Below are positions 10,613 to 20,761 of a DNA stretch of 64,000 bases, piece by piece. Positions within the stretch are counted from its first letter, which is position 1; the number at the start of each line of letters is the position of its first letter. Below the pieces are notes generated by a model. It was not told where the DNA came from. It made no database searches and saw only the letters and a program-made list of their open reading frames with translations. The translations under genes were made by a program, and so were the position numbers. The DNA is taken from the IMG/VR virus record IMGVR_UViG_3300012910_000003, positions 31,639 through 95,638 of that record; one strand, 5' to 3'. This stretch comes from a virus. Lineage: Duplodnaviria > Caudoviricetes.

Positions 10613-11515
10613 ATGTTTATAGAACAAGTTTATAGTGAGTTTAGGCTATTGATGGATAAGAGTTTTAGTGGCTCTTATCCTGAAATAGAACCATTAGAAA
10701 TAGATGCTAATATTAATAATACAATATTACAGTTTATTCATAATAGATATGGTATAAATAACTTATATAGACAAGGTTTTGAACAATCTCAAAAGAGAAC
10801 TGATGATTTAAGTAGTCTAGTAAGAACTTGTTATTTTTCACCAGAAAGTATTACTACAGAAAGTGATTATAGAATAGTAGCAATTAATCTTAGGTTTGCT
10901 TATAAAGATGTAACTACAACTATATTATCTAGTTATAAGTATCTACATTATTTAAAAGGTAATATACAAGCTACTCTCAGTAAGACAGATAGTTGTGGTA
11001 ACATTACAAGTAGTACAGGAATTACTACTATTAAAATAGTTACCCAAGAAGAAGTTACTAAGCTTATATTTGATCCTTTTAATAAACCTTCTGTAAGTTC
11101 TTCTTTTGGTGTATTTGAGAATGGTTATTTAATGTTGTATATTCCAAGTAATGTAAACTACACTGTAAATAAAGTTAAGATTACTTACTTAAAATATCCA
11201 AATATAGCTAGATTTGTAGAAACACCTACTTTAATTACTAGTGCTACTGCCTTAGCTATAAATACTTATTATGAGGTATTTACTGGTAGTGTTACTTATA
11301 ATGGTAGAGTTTATAATATAGGTGAATGGTTTGAAACTAATAATACTATTACAGCTTTTACTGGTAGTGGACAGTTAAGATTATTTACAGGTGTTGAATT
11401 ACCTGATTATGTTACTAGAGAACTTATTAAGTATATGGTAGATAACTACTTAGAAACTTTAGAAAGTCCTAGATTAAACACTTTAGAAGGTGCTATACTA
11501 CCTAAAGTTGAGTAG
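10613..11515 (+). CDS. Head-tail ring/adaptor protein
   Basis: GFEQSQKRTDDL, DPFNKP, YLKYP, ELP motifs typical of crAss-like ring proteins. Confidence 0.7.
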   Translation: MFIEQVYSEFRLLMDKSFSGSYPEIEPLEIDANINNTILQFIHNRYGINNLYRQGFEQSQKRTDDLSSLVRTCYFSPESITTESDYRIVAINLRFAYKDVTTTILSSYKYLHYLKGNIQATLSKTDSCGNITSSTGITTIKIVTQEEVTKLIFDPFNKPSVSSSFGVFENGYLMLYIPSNVNYTVNKVKITYLKYPNIARFVETPTLITSATALAINTYYEVFTGSVTYNGRVYNIGEWFETNNTITAFTGSGQLRLFTGVELPDYVTRELIKYMVDNYLETLESPRLNTLEGAILPKVE

Positions 11516-11564
11516 AATAAAGAAATAAATAAATAAAATATTAATAATTTAAATTAAAAACATT

Positions 11565-12878
11565 ATGTCACAATGGGCAGTCCCAAAATTATTTGTAGGT
11601 AAAAATGCAGCTAACACTCTTTCTGCACCTACTAATGCAATTACTAGCATGGCTAGTGTAGCTTCACAAGATATCTATTTTATAGATGCTGATGGTGGAG
11701 CAACTCATGGTAATATACTTGATGCTACAACTATGGCAGCAGTATCTAAGTTTTCAGTAGTTGGAACTTCTTTAGATAGGTTTGGTGTACTTAAACCTTT
11801 TGTAAGTGAGCCTATTACTAAAACTAACATTTTAAAAACTTATAAGGATGCTTATAGTGCAGCTTCTCAACAAGTAACTTATTTAGGTTATGATGGGGTT
11901 ACAGCTACTAAAGACCTTACAGTTACAAATGGTAATGCTTACAGAATGCAATTATCTATTAAAGTAGATAATGCAATTAGTGAGTTTAAGGAACCTTTTG
12001 GTCCTATTTATGGTGCTCAAACAGGTTTTGCAGCTTCTACCCCTACTTTACAAGAGAAATTAGATTATATCTGGCAATATGTTAAAGTAATCAATGGTGA
12101 TACTTCAATGAGTAATTTCTTTGGTAACACTAAAAAAAGAACTGGTCTTAGTACTTACTTTAAAGCTGAGATGTTATCTAATGCAATTGGTACAGCTTTT
12201 ACTAACACTATTACTATTGCTAATGGAGGTACTTTACTTACTTCTACAGCTCATGGTAGAGCAGTTGGTGATTATATTAGAATAGGTGCTACAGCTGCTA
12301 CAGTTACTACTAACAGTATTTATAGAGTATCTCAAGTAATAGATGCTAATAACTTGGTTATTGAATCTCCTTATCAAGGTACTACTTTATCTGCTGCTGC
12401 TGCAACTAATGCTGCATTTGGTTTAGGTACTAACTCTTCTGTAGGTATTAAAGTAACTGGTAAGGATGTTCCTTTCCAAAGGTATTCTCAAAAACAAGTA
12501 GTTAGATTCTTTGCTTCTTTCTTCTTAGATGATGCAACCAGAAACTCTACTAGTTCTGGATTTAATGCTACAGCTACTACTACTGAAGCAGTGTTTGGTT
12601 CAGGTACACCTGATCAAGTTAAAGAGAAAGAGATTTCTTACTTTGGTTATACTGGACTATATAACTATGATGTATGGCCTAACATTGAACCACAAACTTA
12701 TAGTGATTCAACTTTAACTTATGATTTCTTCTCTATAGAGTATACTCAAACAAGTAATAATGACTTTGCTCAGGGTAAGAAACTTAAAGTAGTTGAACTA
12801 GCTTTAGTAGTTGGTGCTTCTCAAAATACAGCCCTTACATTAGTTATAGCAGCACTACCTAATTATTTAGTTATATAA
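11565..12878 (+). CDS. Abundant structural protein (auxiliary capsid protein-like)
   Basis: Ala/Thr-rich beta protein, FGSGT..QV...E motif, own terminator; synteny. Confidence 0.55.
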   Translation: MSQWAVPKLFVGKNAANTLSAPTNAITSMASVASQDIYFIDADGGATHGNILDATTMAAVSKFSVVGTSLDRFGVLKPFVSEPITKTNILKTYKDAYSAASQQVTYLGYDGVTATKDLTVTNGNAYRMQLSIKVDNAISEFKEPFGPIYGAQTGFAASTPTLQEKLDYIWQYVKVINGDTSMSNFFGNTKKRTGLSTYFKAEMLSNAIGTAFTNTITIANGGTLLTSTAHGRAVGDYIRIGATAATVTTNSIYRVSQVIDANNLVIESPYQGTTLSAAAATNAAFGLGTNSSVGIKVTGKDVPFQRYSQKQVVRFFASFFLDDATRNSTSSGFNATATTTEAVFGSGTPDQVKEKEISYFGYTGLYNYDVWPNIEPQTYSDSTLTYDFFSIEYTQTSNNDFAQGKKLKVVELALVVGASQNTALTLVIAALPNYLVI

Positions 12879-12925
12879 TAGGTACTTTATTTGGTTTTCA
12901 TATTTTTTGTTGTTTTTATTATATT

Positions 12926-12953
12926 AAGGAGTACCTACTGGGTACTCTTTTTT
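12926..12953 (+). terminator. Intrinsic terminator
   Basis: GAGTACC-tactg-GGTACTC followed by T6. Confidence 0.85.
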
Positions 12954-12970
12954 ATTATTACTTATTAAGT

Positions 12971-12978
12971 TATATTTG
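12971..12978 (+). promoter_or_regulatory. Bacteroidota -7 promoter element
   Basis: TATATTTG just downstream of the terminator. Confidence 0.55.
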
Positions 12979-12981
12979 TAT

Positions 12982-13671
12982 ATGTTAGCAAGTGAAATTA
13001 TATTTGAGATACAAAACTTAAGAACTAAAGGTAGACAAGTAGATGATAATCAGGTATCTGATGAGATGATATATTCTTTTATTTGTAACCATAGAGCTAC
13101 TTTATTAAGAAGAGAAATAGACCAGAATATATTTATTAATTCAGAATTATATCAAGATGGGTGGATAGAATTAACACCTAATACTACTGAGGTATTTGGT
13201 TGTAGTGAGATTACTTTTAAAAACTGTTTATTAAGAAGTGTAGATCCTTTACCTAAGTCTATTCAACTTAAAAATGGTGATGCTTTATTTTATGTAGGTT
13301 CAGTAGATAATGGTAATAGTTTTGCTCAAGTAAAAAGACCAAGTGATTTAAAACATTTAATACTTAATAAATATACAGGTACAAGAGATAAGTACTTTAT
13401 ACAAAATAATTATTTGTATGTATATACTACTAATAAAGCTTTAAGATTAGTTAACATATCAATGATTCCTGAAGATCCTAGAGAGTTAATTAAGTTAAAT
13501 GATAAAACTAAAGGTACTAGTTTATATAATCCTTTTGATCCTTTTAACTTTGAATTTCCTATAGGTAGACATTTAATAGATGCTATAAATGGTATGGTGA
13601 TACAAGCAGAATATGGTTTATTACTTGCTATTAAGAAAGAGGATTTAAATGATAATAAAAACTTAAATTAA
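12982..13671 (+). CDS. Tail ring protein
   Basis: N-terminal helices, YFIQNNYLY, PEDP, EFPI, EDLND tail; ATG 12982 preferred over TTG 12976, which lies within the promoter element. Confidence 0.65.
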   Translation: MLASEIIFEIQNLRTKGRQVDDNQVSDEMIYSFICNHRATLLRREIDQNIFINSELYQDGWIELTPNTTEVFGCSEITFKNCLLRSVDPLPKSIQLKNGDALFYVGSVDNGNSFAQVKRPSDLKHLILNKYTGTRDKYFIQNNYLYVYTTNKALRLVNISMIPEDPRELIKLNDKTKGTSLYNPFDPFNFEFPIGRHLIDAINGMVIQAEYGLLLAIKKEDLNDNKNLN

Positions 13672-13683
13672 GAATATATAATT

Positions 13684-14247
13684 ATGGCAGGAGATATTAA
13701 TACAGATAAACTTAGAAAGATATTAGTAGATAAGAATAAAGTAACTACTTGTTTATCAGGTAATAGTAGAAATTCTAAATCATTTGGTATTAGACACTTA
13801 TATAGAGCTTATTTAACTACTATAGGAGTTATTAACTCTAATGGTAGAATTATTGCTTCTAAAAAGATTAATAATCCTAAATATATTGATTATAAGACAT
13901 TTGTAAAGGTAATAGATACTTGTAATGATCTTATTACTACTGAAATAAGTAAGGGAGATATATTTAAAGCACCTTCTTCTTTAGGTTCTATTCTTATAAA
14001 GAAGGCTAAGTTTACTCCTTTTATGTTAGAAAACCTATTTGATAAAACAGGTATATTAGCAACCTCCCATAGTAATGATGTTAATTATAGATTAAGAATC
14101 TATTGGAAGAAAGGTAATACTAGAAGAGATAATTTTTATGAGGCTACTCTTTATAAGTTTAGACCTTGTTCTTCTTTTAAAAAGAAAGTTTATGATCAAG
14201 TGACTAAAAATCATCTTGGTACAAGAGTATATAATGGGGTGTATTAA
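13684..14247 (+). CDS. IHF/HU-like DNA-binding protein
   Basis: GDIFKAPSSLGSILIKK and YKFRPCSSFKKKV match IHF-like strands; position in tail block as in crAss-like phages. Confidence 0.65.
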   Translation: MAGDINTDKLRKILVDKNKVTTCLSGNSRNSKSFGIRHLYRAYLTTIGVINSNGRIIASKKINNPKYIDYKTFVKVIDTCNDLITTEISKGDIFKAPSSLGSILIKKAKFTPFMLENLFDKTGILATSHSNDVNYRLRIYWKKGNTRRDNFYEATLYKFRPCSSFKKKVYDQVTKNHLGTRVYNGVY

Positions 14248-14258
14248 ACAATACTATA

Positions 14259-15149
14259 TTGGGTAATGTATATAGATTAAGAAGTATAAATGAGGTCTTA
14301 GGTAAGCTTAAAATTGATTTTGAGAACCTAACCTTTATAAATGAAGATCATTTCATTGAATGGATTGCTGATGCTTTAAAACATATAGGTGCATTTGGTC
14401 AATTAGTAATGAAAGAAGAAAATGTTGTTATATCAAACCATAAAGGAAGTATACCTTGTGATTGTTATAAAGTAGTTGATATATTGAAAGTTACTTCTTT
14501 AAGAAATACTGAGAAATACTTTATAGGAGTTACTAATGATACTCTCCATGTTGATTATTATTTACAAAGAATAAATGATTTACAAGTAGAAATTAATAAT
14601 TCTAGTGATTTAGAACATATTAAGAAGTTGACTAATATATTAACTAATATAAAATTAATAGTTAATAATGAACCTCATAAGTTTAATACTCTATCACTAG
14701 ATTATGATACAAACTTATATCTTAATACTACTTTAGTGGGTAATATAGATGCCAATAAGCATTATAATAATGATGTTAAGATAGAGTTTGATGTTATTAC
14801 TACAGGATTTCCAGAAGGTTATGTTAATTTAAAATATTTAGCTTTACCTACAGATGATGAAGGATATCCTTTAATTCCTGATGATGTTAGTTATTATGAA
14901 GCTATATATTGGTATATATCAATGAAACTATCATTACAAGGTAAACTAAACAATAGTCAACTTAACTATCAAATATGTAGAACTGAATGGGGTAGAAAAT
15001 GTGTACAAGCTAGAGCTAATATAAATATGCCTACTCTTAAAGAGATGCAAGAAATAATGAATGAAAATCTTAAATTAGTTCCTGATATTAATCAGTATTA
15101 TAAACAATTTAGAGATTTAGGTAAGAGACAAGTAGTTAAAAGACATTAA
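14259..15149 (+). CDS. Tail tubular/ring protein
   Basis: IEWIADALKHIG, YLALPTDDEGYPLIPD, EAIYWYI. Confidence 0.7.
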   Translation: MGNVYRLRSINEVLGKLKIDFENLTFINEDHFIEWIADALKHIGAFGQLVMKEENVVISNHKGSIPCDCYKVVDILKVTSLRNTEKYFIGVTNDTLHVDYYLQRINDLQVEINNSSDLEHIKKLTNILTNIKLIVNNEPHKFNTLSLDYDTNLYLNTTLVGNIDANKHYNNDVKIEFDVITTGFPEGYVNLKYLALPTDDEGYPLIPDDVSYYEAIYWYISMKLSLQGKLNNSQLNYQICRTEWGRKCVQARANINMPTLKEMQEIMNENLKLVPDINQYYKQFRDLGKRQVVKRH

Positions 15150-15151
15150 TT

Positions 15152-18100
15152 ATGCCAGAAAATAATGAAGCATTTAATACCTTTGAAAAGGGTTTAGATA
15201 GAGATTCTAGTAATCAGAATAAACCTAATGGTACTTATGAATATGGGGAGAATCTTATTAATAATTCTGAGGAAGGTAAGTATCTATTAGCCCCTGAAGC
15301 TGGTATAGTTAATACTAATATTAGTACTACTGAAACTATTATAGATGAAGATCCTCTTCATTGGATTACTATAGGTAGTGTTTATATTGATGATATTGAA
15401 ATATTATTTCAAGGTTATGCTAGTAGTATACCTGCTGTATTTACTGACTCTAGAATAGGATATAAAAGTCTTATTACTGGTTTATTTAAGGTAGTTTATG
15501 TTAACCACACAAGACTTAATTTTAATATAGACTATCACATTAATAATCCTCAAGCTAAAAAGATTTATAATGGTGATATTAACTTATATTTTACTGATAA
15601 CTTTAATTCACCTAAGTTTCTTAGATTAGTTTATCAATCTGATTTAAGCGGTGATCCTTACATAGTTACACAAGAGGTAGCTAATTTAACATTAGATTTT
15701 GAAGAACCTCTAATAGATTTTACTTCTCAAACAGAAACTGGTGGTAATGCTCCTATTGGGTCTATACATTTCTTTATACAATATTTAGATAGATATGGTA
15801 ATACTACTAGATTTAGTAATTTAACTAATGGTATTCCTGTAATAAGTGGTCCTAGAACAGCTGGTCAACATACTGATGTATATACTACTAATTATGCTGG
15901 AAGTACTTCTGTAGGTTATCAAATACCTTTTGGACAATTAAATGCTAGTGGTTATAATAGTGGTGTTAATTCTAGTAAGATTATTAGAATTACTATTGAT
16001 CACTTAGATACTTCTTATACTTATTTTAAGTTAGGTTATATGTATTATACAGATACAACATATACTCCTACCTATAAGTTAATTACTAAGTTGTATACTA
16101 TACCAGAAGACCCAGCTTTATTTATAGATGATTATATAGTAGATGTTACTTTTAATGAACCTACAACTGATTTAACAGCAGATCAAGTTACTGAAATAGC
16201 TAAAAAGTTTGAGTATACTCATGCTAAATGTATGGCACAACATCAAAACTATTTACTAATGGGTAATCTTAGAAATAAGTATGAGGCTGTTAATGATAGT
16301 ATATATGAAGCTATATGTAATAATATTGATGTAAGAACTGCTATTAAAGTACTTACTACAGATACTACTACTTATAATAGTTCAGAATTTAATCAAGCAT
16401 TTGATCATGAACAATCTTCTTTTAGATACAAATCTTATAAAAGAGCTGAAGTATATTCTTTAGGTCTTAGATTTATATATAAAGGTGGTTATAAAACTAA
16501 GGTATTCCATATACCTGCTAAAGAGAGAGTTACTGAGTATAATGCTAATATATTATATAATTTACCCATTAGTGGAGATAATCTTACAGGTACTTTTTAT
16601 AGTAGTGAATTATATAAAGTAGATAGCGGTTATGTTAATCCATCCAATAACATATTAAATATTAGACATCATGTTATGCCTGATTTTTATCATGATGATG
16701 GTACAGCTAATACTTATAGATTAAGTACTGATAACTTCTTTACTGCTAATACTACTACAGTTAATGCTTTAGGTTTATATTTTGAAAATATAGAGATTAA
16801 TACTTTACCTGAAAGTATATTAGCTGATATTGTAGGTATTGAATTTGTTAGACAAACCAGAGAAAATGCTCAAAATAAAAGAATATTAGCTCAAGGTATT
16901 AGTAGAGCTATACAAAGACCTTTAAGTAAATCAGGTAATTATCCTGTTGTTAGAGATACTAGCAATATACCCCAACCTTTTAATGCTGGTGTAGCTAGTA
17001 AAGACCATCCATTTGCTCTTCAAAGTAAAGCTGATTTATATGTAGCTAGTGATATACAAATAGACCACACTGTATCTACACCTATTGATTGGAATTATGA
17101 TGGTGTAGAAGATACTTATTTAAGAGCAGATGGTTTATCTCCTTATGTAAGTGGGCAATATGGAGCTATAGGTAAAAAAATAGGTGAATATGGTCAAATG
17201 CTAAATGCTGTTAACTCTTTAACTGCTCCTTTAGATACTTTTGGTCATATAAATAAAATGGTAATGCCTATAGATCCTCCTACTATAGTATACTACCCTT
17301 ATACATCTTATGATGAGTTTATTCTTAATATAGTATCTCCTGACACTGAAATGGGTTTTGTAATACTACCTTCTACAGTTAAATTAGAACTTAGAGATAA
17401 ACTTTATTTTGAAACTTATGATGTTAGAGATGGTAATGATAGTGGTGGTAGAAAGGGTTCTTTAATTAGAATAAATAATGGTGTAGGAGACTTAGATTTT
17501 GATCCTAATGAATTAGGTAGAAGATCTGGTGGCAGTAATATGTATTTAAGAAGTTTAACTAATTCTAGTTATAGATATCAAGTAGGCCCACCTGAATATA
17601 GAACTAAAATATTTCAAGCTTCTTATTCTAACCACACAAGTACTTTAGTAGCTAAACCTAATATATCTAAAACTATTGCAGGATTTGATTCTATTTATTT
17701 ATCACCAAGTTTAAATAGTTTATTAATTAGTGATACTACAGTACATTATCCTATAAACCAAGATATTGTAGATATAAGTACTTATGGTTTAACTATTCAT
17801 GATAATGTAATAGACTTTGATAATACTTATGATTTCTTAATAAAACATTGTTATGTTAATGATGGGTTGTATTTAATACCTACTCTAGAAACTTACAATA
17901 GTTTATTACCTCTTTTAAAGAGTTTGACTAATTGTAACTTAAGATTTGAGGTAGGTTATTACAATGATGGTGACTATACTGTAGAATCTCATCAAGAAAT
18001 AGTACCTAGTCAAGCTACATTAACTTTCCCTAATGTACCTTTCTTTAAAAAGATTTTTAGAAAAGATTTAATAAGTGGTAATGCTACAGGAGCAACTATT

Positions 18101-20044
18101 ACTCCTTATGCTAGTTTAAGTGCTGTAGAAAAACTAGAAGTTGATTATTCAAGTACTCCTATATTTGATATTATACAAGAAATACCTAATCAATATGGTA
18201 GTATTTATAATGGTGAGTATTTCCCCATTCAAGTAACTTATGATATTGATAAAGTAGTTCCTACAGACATAGGAACTTATAATAATCCTTTATTTAGTGG
18301 GGATGTGTTTGTCTCTTGGTATGGTAGTAATTCTGGTGGATATGGTGAGAATTATTCTAGAAATAATGATAGTTCTAATACTAATCCTACATTATTTCCT
18401 GATAATGAATTATTACATAAAATATCTACTTTCCATAATAACCTTATTTACTATCCTGTAGAAACCACTATTAATACCCATTTTAGAGCAACAGCTAATT
18501 TAAATGGTGTACCTTATTATCCAGCACATTCTACTAAAGAAAGTTTTGAGAATATTCCTATAGAGTATAGACAAGCACCTCACTTTAATAGTGATAATTA
18601 TACTTTAGCTTATAGTTACAACCAAAACAATGTTAACTTAAGTACAGCAGCTAATCAATTAACTAATAATAGTGGATTAGGTTTATTTCCTAATAGAATT
18701 ATATATTCTAATAAATCAGTTGATGGGGAGATAGATGATAGTTATAGAATGTTTTTAACTAATATTTATACTGATATTCCTAAAGATACTGGTGAGATAT
18801 GGAATATGTATCAATATAGTAATGATATATATGCCCATACACCTAATGCTTTGTTTAAGACATTTATGTTACAAACATCTATGATTAAACCAAATACTGG
18901 TAGTGAAATAGTATTAGGAACTAGTGATTTATTTGGTGTACCTCCTCAAAAGATTCTTACTAAAGAAGGTAGTTCTGGTGGTAGTAAATCAGCTTGGGGG
19001 TACATGATAACTCCTTATGGATTACTTTTTATAGATAATAATGGAGATAAGGTTTATAGATTAATAAATGATCAATTAGAAGAGATATCATTTAATGGTA
19101 TGATGAATTTCTTTAAGTTATATACTAAATTCTTAACTACAAGAGGTAATTATAGAGATCAAACTCATTATATAGATGATACTCCTTATAATCCCTTTAA
19201 TGGCCATGGCTGGCATTTTGGTTATGATGATTATAATAAGAGAGTACTAATGACTAAAAGATCTGGTATTAGTAATATAGATCCTAAGTTAAGTGAGAGA
19301 TCTACTGGTAATATAAGAAGACCTGAATTATTCTTTAAAGAGTTTACAATATCTTATTCTTTTATAAATAACTCCTTTATAGGGTTTAGTAGCTATAAAC
19401 CAGCTTATTATATTAATTCAGGAACTCATGTAATTAGTATGCCTGATCCTCAAACTATGAATGTTAGTTATAACTTTATAGGTGAACATAAAGATTGGAC
19501 TAACCCTTGTTTATTTTATCAAGGTGCACCTGAAGATAGTATACTTAAATTTACAGTTAATCAATATCCTCAATATGAGAAAGTATTTGATAATATCTTT
19601 ATAGATATGTATAACTATACTCAACTACAAGAAATACCTCCTTTTGGTATATTTGATAAAGCTTTATTTTATAATAGAGGTACTACAGTTCCTAATCAAT
19701 ATGATACTATTGAAGTAGAAACTTCTAATCAATATAGTGGTGTTAGAGAATTACATTATAATACAGGATTAGCTGATATGTTTACCTATTATTTAGATAA
19801 AAAACTAAATGTTAAATACTTTCTTAAACAGTATAGAGTACCTATACCTAAAAGTAGAACTATTAATCAACAAATAGATAAAGATTCTATATTTAACTAT
19901 AATAATGGTAATACTTCCTATAATGAAGTAGGTGATAGAATGAAAGATAAGTTTATGCAAATAACTCTTACTTGGAAGAATTATGAAAGATTCTCTTTTA
20001 TAGTTAATTTTATAAAAAGTATATTTAGATTAAATAGAAGATAA
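15152..20044 (+). CDS. Tail stabilization/muzzle protein
   Basis: 1630 aa; NTFEKGLDRD N-terminus, YFTDNFNSPK, LLMGNL, YKRAEVYSLG, RIIYS, KVFDNI, RMKDKF. Confidence 0.8.
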   Translation: MPENNEAFNTFEKGLDRDSSNQNKPNGTYEYGENLINNSEEGKYLLAPEAGIVNTNISTTETIIDEDPLHWITIGSVYIDDIEILFQGYASSIPAVFTDSRIGYKSLITGLFKVVYVNHTRLNFNIDYHINNPQAKKIYNGDINLYFTDNFNSPKFLRLVYQSDLSGDPYIVTQEVANLTLDFEEPLIDFTSQTETGGNAPIGSIHFFIQYLDRYGNTTRFSNLTNGIPVISGPRTAGQHTDVYTTNYAGSTSVGYQIPFGQLNASGYNSGVNSSKIIRITIDHLDTSYTYFKLGYMYYTDTTYTPTYKLITKLYTIPEDPALFIDDYIVDVTFNEPTTDLTADQVTEIAKKFEYTHAKCMAQHQNYLLMGNLRNKYEAVNDSIYEAICNNIDVRTAIKVLTTDTTTYNSSEFNQAFDHEQSSFRYKSYKRAEVYSLGLRFIYKGGYKTKVFHIPAKERVTEYNANILYNLPISGDNLTGTFYSSELYKVDSGYVNPSNNILNIRHHVMPDFYHDDGTANTYRLSTDNFFTANTTTVNALGLYFENIEINTLPESILADIVGIEFVRQTRENAQNKRILAQGISRAIQRPLSKSGNYPVVRDTSNIPQPFNAGVASKDHPFALQSKADLYVASDIQIDHTVSTPIDWNYDGVEDTYLRADGLSPYVSGQYGAIGKKIGEYGQMLNAVNSLTAPLDTFGHINKMVMPIDPPTIVYYPYTSYDEFILNIVSPDTEMGFVILPSTVKLELRDKLYFETYDVRDGNDSGGRKGSLIRINNGVGDLDFDPNELGRRSGGSNMYLRSLTNSSYRYQVGPPEYRTKIFQASYSNHTSTLVAKPNISKTIAGFDSIYLSPSLNSLLISDTTVHYPINQDIVDISTYGLTIHDNVIDFDNTYDFLIKHCYVNDGLYLIPTLETYNSLLPLLKSLTNCNLRFEVGYYNDGDYTVESHQEIVPSQATLTFPNVPFFKKIFRKDLISGNATGATITPYASLSAVEKLEVDYSSTPIFDIIQEIPNQYGSIYNGEYFPIQVTYDIDKVVPTDIGTYNNPLFSGDVFVSWYGSNSGGYGENYSRNNDSSNTNPTLFPDNELLHKISTFHNNLIYYPVETTINTHFRATANLNGVPYYPAHSTKESFENIPIEYRQAPHFNSDNYTLAYSYNQNNVNLSTAANQLTNNSGLGLFPNRIIYSNKSVDGEIDDSYRMFLTNIYTDIPKDTGEIWNMYQYSNDIYAHTPNALFKTFMLQTSMIKPNTGSEIVLGTSDLFGVPPQKILTKEGSSGGSKSAWGYMITPYGLLFIDNNGDKVYRLINDQLEEISFNGMMNFFKLYTKFLTTRGNYRDQTHYIDDTPYNPFNGHGWHFGYDDYNKRVLMTKRSGISNIDPKLSERSTGNIRRPELFFKEFTISYSFINNSFIGFSSYKPAYYINSGTHVISMPDPQTMNVSYNFIGEHKDWTNPCLFYQGAPEDSILKFTVNQYPQYEKVFDNIFIDMYNYTQLQEIPPFGIFDKALFYNRGTTVPNQYDTIEVETSNQYSGVRELHYNTGLADMFTYYLDKKLNVKYFLKQYRVPIPKSRTINQQIDKDSIFNYNNGNTSYNEVGDRMKDKFMQITLTWKNYERFSFIVNFIKSIFRLNRR

Positions 20045-20046
20045 TA

Positions 20047-20757
20047 ATGATTAATGATACAAATAAATATAAGAATAAATATAAATTAACTTCTTCTACT
20101 AAAAAGTATATAGATGGTACTCAATCATTAAATATAACTCCTGATTATTCAGCTTATTATAATGCTCAGAATGATGTTTATAATAGAAGGACTAGAGAGA
20201 GTACTATTAACAATACTACTTTAAATCCTTTAGCTGATAGTTTAGCTAGTAATAATGCTTCCAAGATAGGTAATTTAGTAGGTAGAACTGGTAGTAATAT
20301 AATAGATCAAAGTACTATTACTTCTAGTGGTAGACAAGATAGTGGTTCAGCAGCTTTATCAAGTGCTTTAAAATATGGAGCAATGGGTGCTTCAGCTGGT
20401 AGTGTAGCTGGACCTATAGGAAGTGCTGTTTTAGGTGCAGTAGGTGCTATAGGAGGAGGTATTTATGGGGCTACTAAAGCCAATAAACTAAATAAATTAA
20501 TAGGTCAAGGAGAAGCTATAAGTAAAATACAAAACCAAGGTGCTATTTTAGCTAATAAGAGATATAATTATAACTTACAAGGTGATGTTAATAAAGATAT
20601 AGCTCAATCTGTAGGATTTGCTAAGAAAGGTAAATATAAGATTAAACTAAGTAGTAAAAGTAAAACTGTTAAAGAAGAGGAAGTTGGTATAAAAGTACCT
20701 AATCCTAATAAGTATAAAAGTAGATTATCAGATTATAGAAAGAAGCCAACTAGATAA
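20047..20757 (+). CDS. Ejection/cargo protein with glycine-zipper membrane segment
   Basis: GAMGASAGSVAGPIGSAVLGAVGAIGGGIYG; basic termini. Confidence 0.65.
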   Translation: MINDTNKYKNKYKLTSSTKKYIDGTQSLNITPDYSAYYNAQNDVYNRRTRESTINNTTLNPLADSLASNNASKIGNLVGRTGSNIIDQSTITSSGRQDSGSAALSSALKYGAMGASAGSVAGPIGSAVLGAVGAIGGGIYGATKANKLNKLIGQGEAISKIQNQGAILANKRYNYNLQGDVNKDIAQSVGFAKKGKYKIKLSSKSKTVKEEEVGIKVPNPNKYKSRLSDYRKKPTR

Positions 20758-20761
20758 TATT